Source: Lentisphaerae bacterium GWF2_57_35 | Lineage (GTDB): Bacteria; Verrucomicrobiota; Kiritimatiellia; CAIQIC01; GWF2-57-35 | NCBI GenBank assembly: GCA_001804865.1 | Contig: MHBK01000048.1 | Span: forward strand, 4,843 to 68,842 | Length of the DNA stretch: 64,000 bases | Reading direction: 5' to 3' | Shown here: one piece after another, positions 8,555-17,100 of the stretch | Position numbering within the stretch: the first letter of the stretch is position 1 | Layout of the letters: the number at the start of each line of letters is the position of its first letter | The notes under the pieces: model-generated | The model's input: the letters and a program-made list of their open reading frames with translations, nothing else | Told to the model about the DNA's origin: nothing | Databases searched by the model: none | Program-made: the position numbers and the translations under genes

Positions 8555-10211
8555 AGCCGGGCAATTCATCAGTGTATTTTGTGCCAATCTAGCATGGTTC
8601 CTATCCTGTTTACCTCGGTTGCTTCTTTTTATCCTGGCCTCGTTTAGTATCAAGCGTCAGCAGGAAAAGATCCTTCGCGGCATCATGAAACCCAATGCCA
8701 ATTCTGCATACGGAATGAAATACGGATTTGGATCTATACGGTCGTCGAATGACATTCGACAAATTCCCTTGTCGGAATATGAAGAATACAGTCCGTTTAT
8801 CGAACAGCTGCGCAATGGCGGGTCTTCATGTCTGACGGTTGAGCCCATTCATCTATTGCAACCTACCAGCGGATCGGTTAGTGCAACGAAATTGATTCCT
8901 TATACTCAATCCTTGAAGAAGCAGTTTGCAGCGGCCATTGATCCTTGGATCGGGTTTACCTATCTTCATTATCCGAGAATATTTGGAGGGCGTCATTATT
9001 GGTCCATCAGTCCTTCGACGCATCATCACATGGCAGGGCTACAAAAGATTCCGGTGGGATTTGCAGAGGATGCCGAATATTTAGGGGTTGTACAAAGACA
9101 GATGGCGAAAACATTGTTTGCCGTTCCCGCCGAAATCTCACGAGTCTCCGATCCTGAAGCTTTTCAATACTTGACGCTCTTATTCCTGATTGGGGAAAAG
9201 CATTTGCGGCTGATTTCTGTCTGGCATCCCTCGTTTCTTGCCATTTTGGTCGATGCCATGGCCGGACAGTTTCCTGATTTCATTCGTGACATCGGGTCCG
9301 GTGTCATCAACCAAGAGCTCAAGTTGGCTTCACCACTCCGGCAGATTTTCGAATCGCAATTACAGCCTGATCCAGTGCGAGCTGCTGAACTTGCCTGCCT
9401 GGATTGCGGCGCGCCTGGTTTTCCCATGAAGGTTTGGCCTGAATTGCATTTGATCAGTTGTTGGACTGAAGGGTTATCCGACTTGTGGGTTTCGAAACTT
9501 AGACGTTGGTTCCCGCTAGCCTTCATTCAAGGCAAAGGGTTGGTGGCCACGGAGGGCATTGTTTCGATCCCCATTGACTCCTCGCGAAAAGCTTGTGCCG
9601 TGGGATCCCATTTTTATGAGTTCGTGGACAGTCAGTCGGGCGGAATCAAGCGTGTTTGGGAACTAGAGAATGGACACGAATATAGCGTGGTCCTGACAAC
9701 GGGAGGAGGCTTGTATCGGTACCGGCTTCACGATTTGGTCCAGGTTACTGGACATTATCATCAGGTCCCGTGTTTTGAGTTTATTGCAAAAGACAATCTG
9801 GTTTCAGACCTTGTAGGCGAAAAACTCAATTCGCGACATGTAGAGGAAAGTATTCGTCGAGTGGAGGAGATCTGCCATGTCTGTTTCGAATTTGCTCTTT
9901 TGGCTCCTGGAAATAGCAAAGACTATCCACGATATGACTTGTATGTGCAGCCCGATTCAAACGGATTTGTTGACTTCCCTGCCGTCGCGGTGCGGATGGA
10001 AGAAGAACTAAAACGGAATTATCACTATCATCATGCGCGTCAACTCGGCCAGCTTCAGCCTTTGAAGGTGTTTCACATTTCCGGCCAAGCGGATGTTCTC
10101 TATCGCCGTCACATGATTGCACGGGGAATGAAGCCTGGTGATATTAAAATTTACGGCCTCTCCCTGGATTCGTCATGGGCTTCTATTTTCAATGGCGAGT
10201 ATGTGACGTAA
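8547..10211 (+). CDS. GH3-family (auxin-responsive-promoter family) acyl-acid amido synthetase-like adenylating enzyme
   Basis: GH3 hallmarks: 'LLQPTSGSVSATKLIPYT' (TSG..K.IP nucleotide motif), 'TTGGGLYRYRLHDLVQVTG' (the GLYRYR.GD motif of GH3 proteins) and 'LVSDLVGEKL'. Start at ATG 8547 (MNKAGQF...) keeps the conserved N-terminal 'QQEKILRGIM...YGF' region. Confidence 0.7.
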   Translation: MNKAGQFISVFCANLAWFLSCLPRLLLFILASFSIKRQQEKILRGIMKPNANSAYGMKYGFGSIRSSNDIRQIPLSEYEEYSPFIEQLRNGGSSCLTVEPIHLLQPTSGSVSATKLIPYTQSLKKQFAAAIDPWIGFTYLHYPRIFGGRHYWSISPSTHHHMAGLQKIPVGFAEDAEYLGVVQRQMAKTLFAVPAEISRVSDPEAFQYLTLLFLIGEKHLRLISVWHPSFLAILVDAMAGQFPDFIRDIGSGVINQELKLASPLRQIFESQLQPDPVRAAELACLDCGAPGFPMKVWPELHLISCWTEGLSDLWVSKLRRWFPLAFIQGKGLVATEGIVSIPIDSSRKACAVGSHFYEFVDSQSGGIKRVWELENGHEYSVVLTTGGGLYRYRLHDLVQVTGHYHQVPCFEFIAKDNLVSDLVGEKLNSRHVEESIRRVEEICHVCFEFALLAPGNSKDYPRYDLYVQPDSNGFVDFPAVAVRMEEELKRNYHYHHARQLGQLQPLKVFHISGQADVLYRRHMIARGMKPGDIKIYGLSLDSSWASIFNGEYVT

Positions 10212-10303
10212 GTTTTGATTCTGGTTGATACCGCTTGCTTGGTTTTTCATTACGCATTCCACCTGTAATACGCACACGATTATCGACGGTTTTTGGACGT
10301 TAC

Positions 10304-10379
10304 GATAGACTTTTGATAGACTTTCGAGACCCGAAATGGAAAAGCGACGAAAAGCGAGCATACGCAGAAAAACGCAGAT
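10304..10379. repeat. Short tandem and periodic repeats next to tRNA-Leu
   Basis: A tandem 11-mer GATAGACTTT(T/C) x2 lies at 10304-10325. A decamer-periodic tract GAAAAGCGAC / GAAAAGCGAG / CATACGCAGA / AAAACGCAGA lies at 10339-10378. Read directly from the sequence. Confidence 0.6.
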
Positions 10380-10449
10380 TGGATTAAGGGACGACTCTGT
10401 AACCCATTGATTTTATTGGCTATAACGAGGTCCAAGGCCCTGTTTGTGA

Positions 10450-10535
10450 TGGTGCCGGAGGAGGGAGTCGAACCCTCACGCCCGTGAAGGCGCTGGATTT
10501 TGAGTCCAGTGCGTCTGCCATTCCGCCACTCCGGC
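10450..10535 (-). tRNA. tRNA-Leu, anticodon CAA, CCA encoded
   Basis: The minus-strand read is GCCGGAG-UG-GCG..CGC-A-CUGGA-CUCAAAA-UCCAG-long variable arm (CGCCUUCACGGGCGUG)-GAGGG-UUCGACU-CCCUC-CUCCGGC-A-CCA. It has a 7-bp acceptor stem, a T-loop UUCGA, a class II long variable arm and the anticodon loop C-U-CAA-A-A. Confidence 0.92.
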
Positions 10536-10696
10536 AACGTGGCGGGTGTTGTATAACAGCAAATCGTTCAACGCAAGGTTATCTTGAAGGACTTGTGCAT
10601 TTTTATTCGAAGGGCTTGAGTTGTCCATGATTGACTTGGGGGAGGTCGGACGTAACATGAGGCGTAATCTTTTACTGCACCGAAAGGAGGCCGCTC

Positions 10697-11596
10697 ATGT
10701 CTGTAACCGTTGTGCCGTATAGTGGCTGGGAACGAAATCTGCGATTGGCAAACGATCAGGTCGAACTGATTGTCACGTTGGAGGTCGGGCCGCGCATCGT
10801 TCGGTATGGTTTTATCGGCGAAAAAAACGTTTTTGGCGAGTTTGCCGGGCAATTGGGGCAAAAAGGCGAATCGAAATGGCAAATTCGGGGCGGGCATCGT
10901 TTCTGGATCGCGCCGGAACAAAAACCCCTGACGTACGAACTGGACAATGGGCCGGTCGAATTTGAAGAGATCGAAGGCGGCGTGCGTTTGATCCAGCCCC
11001 AGGGGCCGTTAAGCGGCATTCAGAAGACGATGGACATCCGTCTGCTGGATGCCAATGGACGTGTTTCGGTTCGGCACTCTTTGACCAATCGAACAGACAA
11101 GGCCATCGCCTGTTCTCCTTGGGCTTTGAGCGTGATGGCTAAAAAGGGTCTCGCGATTATCCCGCTGCCGGATGTGGTTCCTCATGACGAGCGCTTGACG
11201 CCGAATCAGAACTGGACGCTTTGGAGTTACACCGACCTGGCCGATCAGCGATATCAGATTGGGTCGTCTCTCATACTGATCCGGCAGGACCCTGCGCGGG
11301 GGCCCACCAAAATCGGATTGGCCCAGCGCGAAGGTTGGATTGGCTATCTTGCGGACGGCTATCTGTTCGTTAAACATTTCCAACGGTTGGAAAACGCCTC
11401 GTATCCCGACTGCAATGTCAATTGCGAGATCTACACGGACGAAGATATTCTCGAGTTGGAAACGTTGGGCCCCCTGACGTCGCTGGAACCGGGGCAGTCG
11501 GTTCAGCACGAGGAGCAATGGGCTTTGTTCAAGGATGTGCCGGATTGCACGTGCGAAGAGGAAGTGAATGCGGACGTGCTGCCGTATGTGATGTAG
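10697..11596 (+). CDS. Hypothetical protein, possibly DUF4380 / aldose-epimerase-like beta-sandwich
   Basis: Strong SD (AAAGGAGG) 7 nt upstream of the ATG. 'GGHRFWIAPE' and the overall beta-rich pattern resemble DUF4380 / mutarotase-like proteins. It sits first in the plus-strand EPS gene row. Confidence 0.4.
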   Translation: MSVTVVPYSGWERNLRLANDQVELIVTLEVGPRIVRYGFIGEKNVFGEFAGQLGQKGESKWQIRGGHRFWIAPEQKPLTYELDNGPVEFEEIEGGVRLIQPQGPLSGIQKTMDIRLLDANGRVSVRHSLTNRTDKAIACSPWALSVMAKKGLAIIPLPDVVPHDERLTPNQNWTLWSYTDLADQRYQIGSSLILIRQDPARGPTKIGLAQREGWIGYLADGYLFVKHFQRLENASYPDCNVNCEIYTDEDILELETLGPLTSLEPGQSVQHEEQWALFKDVPDCTCEEEVNADVLPYVM

Positions 11597-11677
11597 GGAG
11601 GTTTCGATCCTGCTCTACCGGCTCGGTTATGTCTTCGACTTGCTAAACAGTTGAACTGGACGTGAGCTAATCGGCAA

Positions 11678-14119
11678 ATGAAACGGTTGTACGCAAATCT
11701 TTTGCAGCCGGTGTGGATGAGTTGTCTGCTGCTCGGTTGCTTGCCTGTCTCTGTCCTTGCTCAAGAAACGCTCTACGATTATGAAACGCCGGAGCCGGCT
11801 CAAGCTCGATGTGCGGCTCCTGTCTTTACGAATGCCATTACACTTTCTACCGGCGTACAAGCCGAGGCCAAGGACCTTGCGCGGGCGAGGGGATTGATCC
11901 AAAGCGACGAGCTCGCGGAGGGCTGCGCGCTGCTGGAAAAGATCGTCGAGGTTCAGCCGACTTATATTCCGGCCTGGAGGCTGCTGGGCGAAACGTACTG
12001 GCAAAATGGGCGGCAGGAGGATGCGATCCGCCTGTGGGAATTGTTGCGTCCGATCGTTCCTTCAGAGTTGTTCGTGCACAATTCTTTGGGCGATGCCCAC
12101 CGTTCGAGAAACGAGTTGGAGCCGGCGATCGAGGCCTATCGCCGTAGTTTGCAGGTCGATGCCGACCAGCCCGAAATCGTGTTCCAATTGGGCCGCGTAC
12201 TGCGATGGGCGGGGCATTTGGAGGAGGCGATTGCGGTCTTGCAGCCGCTGTGCCAAACCCATCCGGAGCGCATCGATATCAAAGCCGAACTGGCGCGCTC
12301 CTACTTGACAAGCCGTCAGTACGACCGAGCCCTGCCGCTCTGGAACGAATTGGTTGAAGCGGCTCCGGCCCATGCCGAATACGAGACGTATCGCACGTTG
12401 GCCTTGTTTTACGCGGGGCATCGCGAGGAGGCCATTGGTCATGCCCAAGCCTTGATCAGAGATCATCCCGCCAACAGCCGGCTCTTATCGTTATTGGCGG
12501 ATGCGGCCGAGTACAGCGGCGACTTGTTCAGTGCGGCGACGTTTCTGGAGCAAATCTACAGTGCTTCGGGGCAGGACATGAAGAGCCGTCGCCGCATTCT
12601 GAATCGATTGATTCCGTTGTATGACCGTGGTTACGGCCAACAGGCGGAGCGGTTTCCCCTGGACCGGCTGTGCGAGCTCGTTCGCGGCTATATTCAAAGC
12701 GATCCGATGAATGCCGACATGTATCTGGCGTTGGGGGATCTGTTGGTTCTCGACAGCCGTTATGAAGAAGCGATTAGCGCGTATCGTCATGTGCTCGATG
12801 AATTGAACTCCTGCAATATACGCGCCCATCGCGGTCTGTTCGAACTGTTGTTGCGTCAGGGCGACTATGAGGGCGCCGAGCAGGAACTGTCTTCCATTCG
12901 TCGCTTTAATCCCCATGATCCCTATTTGTATTCCATCCAGGCCCGGTGGTATGCGGAGCAATCTCGCTATAAGGAGGCGTTCGAGGCGTTGGACAAGCTG
13001 GAGCAATCGGGCTGGAACGGCTCCCTGGCCGTCTTGCTTTATCACGGACTCAGCAGCAGCGACGATTCGGAAATACTGCCCGTGACGCAATTCCAGGAGC
13101 AACTGAGTTTATTGAAGGAGGCCGGTTTTCGATTTATCACGGCGGCGCAGATTCCCGGATATTTCGAGCAAGCCCGGCGCATGCGCGAGCTGTTCGGCGG
13201 GATGGGGGTCGAGCGGGTGGCCTGCGTTACGTTTGACGATGCCCGTCGCGATGCCATGCGCCTGGGTACGCCGGTGGCGGAAGAATTGGACCTTGTTTTC
13301 TCCATGCATGTGCCGGTGGGTTTTGTGGAGGAGCAGCACCCCTTTATCAGCACCTTGGATATGTTGAAGGAATTCGAGGCAACCGGACATTGGATCATGG
13401 GCAGCCACTTGGTGGACGCCCATAAAGGCTATCCGTTGGATGCCGAAGGACATCAGGGGTACCCGATGGCCAATCGCGTATGGATTGCCGAAGCGCACAA
13501 GACGGAGTCCGAAGCGCAATATGTTCAGCGCGTTGCCGCGGAATATGGCCAATCGCGGCGCTTCATGGATGCCTATCTCCATACGGCCCGCACGACGCCG
13601 TTTGTGGCGTATCCCTTCGGCGATATCGGCCAGCAAACCGTCTGCAACGAAATCGAGTCCGTGCCGATCAATTTGCGCGAATGCGGACGGCATTACCAAG
13701 TCGGCTTTATTCAGAGCCCATTCGGATACGCCGTGCAGGGCGACAACCCCTTGCTGTATCAACGCATCGAACCGCATCGGTGGGAAAACGGCAGCAATCT
13801 GGTCGTTCGCGTGCTGGAGAATCATCCGGTCTTGCTGGCCCGGCGCCTCCGCGCGGAATATGCGGCGCGCGCGGGCAAAAAGTATCTGGCGCGGGATAAT
13901 TTGGAAGCGCTTCAGAAGGATGGCTATCCGCCGTCTTCGCTGGAAAAAACGCGCCTCTACGTTGAGCGCATATTGGGACGAAGAATCTCGCTGCCGGAAC
14001 CGGCGGACGAAGATCCGGCGGACCCGCCCCAGCGGCCGACGGTTCCCGGGACCGAGGCCCCTCGTGAAGATCTTCAGCCTTCGCGACAGGAGCTTTTGCG
14101 GGAGAATCTCGGATTCTGA
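11678..14119 (+). CDS. Secreted (possibly lipo-) protein: N-terminal TPR array + C-terminal CE4 polysaccharide-deacetylase-like domain (PgaB-role candidate)
   Basis: Signal peptide 'MKRLYANLLQPVWMSCLLLGCLPVSVLAQE' with a possible lipobox LLGC. About 400 aa of TPR-like repeats ('AWRLLGETYWQNGRQEDAIRLWE', 'NSLGDAHRSRNELEPAIEAYRRSLQVD'). CE4 motif-1 'ACVTFDDARRD', then 'FSMHVPVG' and 'FVAYPFGDIG'. Paralogue of the next gene. Confidence 0.75.
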   Translation: MKRLYANLLQPVWMSCLLLGCLPVSVLAQETLYDYETPEPAQARCAAPVFTNAITLSTGVQAEAKDLARARGLIQSDELAEGCALLEKIVEVQPTYIPAWRLLGETYWQNGRQEDAIRLWELLRPIVPSELFVHNSLGDAHRSRNELEPAIEAYRRSLQVDADQPEIVFQLGRVLRWAGHLEEAIAVLQPLCQTHPERIDIKAELARSYLTSRQYDRALPLWNELVEAAPAHAEYETYRTLALFYAGHREEAIGHAQALIRDHPANSRLLSLLADAAEYSGDLFSAATFLEQIYSASGQDMKSRRRILNRLIPLYDRGYGQQAERFPLDRLCELVRGYIQSDPMNADMYLALGDLLVLDSRYEEAISAYRHVLDELNSCNIRAHRGLFELLLRQGDYEGAEQELSSIRRFNPHDPYLYSIQARWYAEQSRYKEAFEALDKLEQSGWNGSLAVLLYHGLSSSDDSEILPVTQFQEQLSLLKEAGFRFITAAQIPGYFEQARRMRELFGGMGVERVACVTFDDARRDAMRLGTPVAEELDLVFSMHVPVGFVEEQHPFISTLDMLKEFEATGHWIMGSHLVDAHKGYPLDAEGHQGYPMANRVWIAEAHKTESEAQYVQRVAAEYGQSRRFMDAYLHTARTTPFVAYPFGDIGQQTVCNEIESVPINLRECGRHYQVGFIQSPFGYAVQGDNPLLYQRIEPHRWENGSNLVVRVLENHPVLLARRLRAEYAARAGKKYLARDNLEALQKDGYPPSSLEKTRLYVERILGRRISLPEPADEDPADPPQRPTVPGTEAPREDLQPSRQELLRENLGF

Positions 14120-14197
14120 TTTAGAAAGACATTCAAATCGAATTGGCCTATACTGCACAAATTCACATTGTCGAAACAAGCTATGGGGAATAAACCA

Positions 14198-17100
14198 ATG
14201 GTCAAATGGATTGCCGCGTTTGTATTGCTCGTTGGGTTTGAAATGGTCCATGCCGATGAAGCTTTCGAATCTCCAGCGATGCCTGAGCCTTCCATCACTG
14301 CCGATCCGAATAACCCTGATGTAAAGCCAGAATCTCCGGTGAACGGCCTGTTCGAGGCGGCCAATCGGGATATGGCGGCGACCAACTGGCCGGCCGCGAT
14401 TACCAAGTTGGAACAAGTTATCGAACAGGACCCCAGTCTGCTCTCTGCTTGGGGCCAACTCGGCTGGTGCTATTGGAACAATGGCCGCCAGGACAAAGCG
14501 ATCGAGCTGTGGGAAACCCTTCGGCGCATCAATCCAAAATTGCCGATGGCCTACAATCTGCTGGGCATGGCGTATATGGCCAATGGGGAGCAGCCGAAAG
14601 CCATTGAGTTTTTTCGCAAGAGTCTGGAGTTAGATCCGGATCAAGAACCTGTCGAGTATTCGATCGCCCGCCTTTCGCGTTGGGAGGGGCGCTTCGAAGA
14701 CTCGATCAGCATTCTCCGACGTCAATTGGACAAGAACGAAGACCGGCTCGATATCCGGTTGGAACTCGCGCGCGCCTATCTGAACAACTGGCAATTCGAA
14801 GAGGCGCTTCCTCTTTGGGAAAAACTGGCGCAAAGCCAGCCGGACAACTTGGAATATCGTTTGTACTGTGCGGAGTGCCGACTGCGCACCGGCCAGGCCG
14901 ATGAGGCGTTGCCTGAGATCGAACAAATTTTAGCCGAAGATCCGAACCATACCAGCGCGTTGTTAATCATGGCCGATCGGGCCGAATACGGCGAACGTCC
15001 CGCCGATGCGATTCCCTATCTTCGCCGGTTGGTCGCGGAAACCACGGAACTGCAATTGCGCCAGAAATATCGAATGAGGTTGATCGACCTCTACGTCCGC
15101 CTCAATCGCGACAAGCCCTTGGAGTATCCCCTGAACGAAGCGATCGGCATTCTCAAGGATTACATCCGGGACGATCCCAATAATACGGATGCGCTGCTTT
15201 TGCTTGGCGAATTGCTTTCGATGGACAACCAATTCGCCGATGCCCAACAAAAATTCACGATCGTGCTGCGCGATTTCAACCCCAACAACATGAGGGCGCA
15301 ACGCGGCTTGTTCGAAGCGTATGCCGCCGAGAAGAACTTTGCGGAGGCCGACAAGCATCTGAAGCGCGTCGAGGCCTTCAATCCACAAGATCCGTATAAT
15401 CATTACCTGCGGGCTCGCTATGAAGCGGCGAGGGGACGTTTCGGACGGGCGTATCAGGAACTGGATAAATTGGAAGCGGCCGGCCAGCAGGGTTCCGTGC
15501 TCGTTCTGCTCTTTCATGGTTTGACCACGAGCGAGTGGACCGAAATCCCTTCCGTCAGGCTCTTCCGCGAGCAATTGATGGCCTTGCAAAAAGCCGGCTT
15601 CCGTTTTCTGACGCCCATGGATCTGCGCGATTATTTTTCTTCCCTGGAAAGAATTAACGACAGCCGTTCGGAGCGAACGCCCAATCGCGCCGTCATCATC
15701 ACCTTCGACGATGCGCGTCTGGATTCCTTCCGTTTGGCTACGCCGGTTTTCAAGGACTTGGGCATTCCTTTTTCGATGCATGTGCCGGTCGGCAACATCG
15801 AACGGAAAGATCCGTTTCTCGCGTCCTGGAAGCAATTGGCGGATTATCGGCAACAGGGTTGGGTGATGGGCAGCCATCTTTATGAGGCCAGCACGCCTGT
15901 GCCGGGCGAGCGGGGGATGATGGTCCGTCCCCTGACCAGCCTTATCCGCCTCAACCCGGCCAACCGCATGGAAACGCTGGACGAATTCAACCAACGCATC
16001 CATATGGAATACGACCTGAGCAGCCGGCTGATGCAATCCTATTTGGGCGAAAAGCCGTCCTTTGTGGCCTATCCCATGGGCGACATCGGGCAGGAGACCT
16101 ACAGCGACGTTCCGGAGGCCGTGACGGTCAATTTGCAGTCGGCATCCACGAATTACGCCGTCGGTTTCATTCAATCCGTTTTCGGGTATGCCGTCAACGG
16201 GGATAATCCTCTGCTGTATCAGCGGCATGAGTTGGGGCGGCATGTTTCGGCCAGCAACACCGTGAATGAAGTGCTCAGGATGCATCCGGTCTTTTTAGCG
16301 CGCCGCATGAGGGCCGAATTGGCGACGCTGGAAGGCAAGCAGTACAAAGCGCTGAAAATCCTGGAACGGCTGAAGGAAGACGGTTATCCGGAGCAGTCCT
16401 ACAACGACCTCAATACCTATGTGCATACGAAGCTGTCCCACAAATTCGTTCCTCCGCCGTCGGTTGACAACGTGAGCAAAGGGCCTTTCAATTTGGATAT
16501 TAAGAAGCCGTATGTGGGGGCGAGGGCTCATTATTTCCAAGACAATTTGGAGCGCAAAAATTATCACATGTATGCGTTCGGAGGGCTTAATCTCACGCCC
16601 AATATCGTTGCCGAAGGCCAGGCCGGATGGGGTCAGCTTAAACAAGGCCGGCAAGACTTGGATGACGGCAGTTCGCTGCCGGAAATCGAGGTTGACGAGA
16701 CCTCGGCCGGGGTTAAAGGATCCTTCACATTTCCCAGCGGAAATTTGCTCTCCGGCGATTTCATGTTGCGCAATTTCGGCGAGCCCGTGAACGAAGTCGA
16801 GCCGACCTATGGGATCGAGGGTCAGTTCAAACCGGTCTTGCCGCTCGATCTGACCGGACGCTTCGAGCACGATGTGGAGCCGTCTGCGCGCACCGTCGTG
16901 CGCGACATGGTTACTTACGATCAGTGGATGGCGAACGGGGTTTTCAGCATTCGGGATTGGTGGGATGTGTGGGGCAGCGGACAATACTACCTCTATTCCG
17001 ACGATAACAATCGTTTGCATGGAGCCGTGAGCAGCCAATGGTTGATTTGGGAAGACATCGGCTTGCGCCTCGGCTTGCGTTATGCCTATACCACCTCGGA

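Noticed and set aside
10212-10696. tRNA-Leu as an integration site for a genomic island, given the accessory-looking operons on both sides
   Set aside because: No integrase or excisionase is present. I found no direct repeat of the tRNA 3' end by eye in the flanking 10 kb, and no phage or IS genes. The flanking operons show no obvious compositional break at the tRNA.
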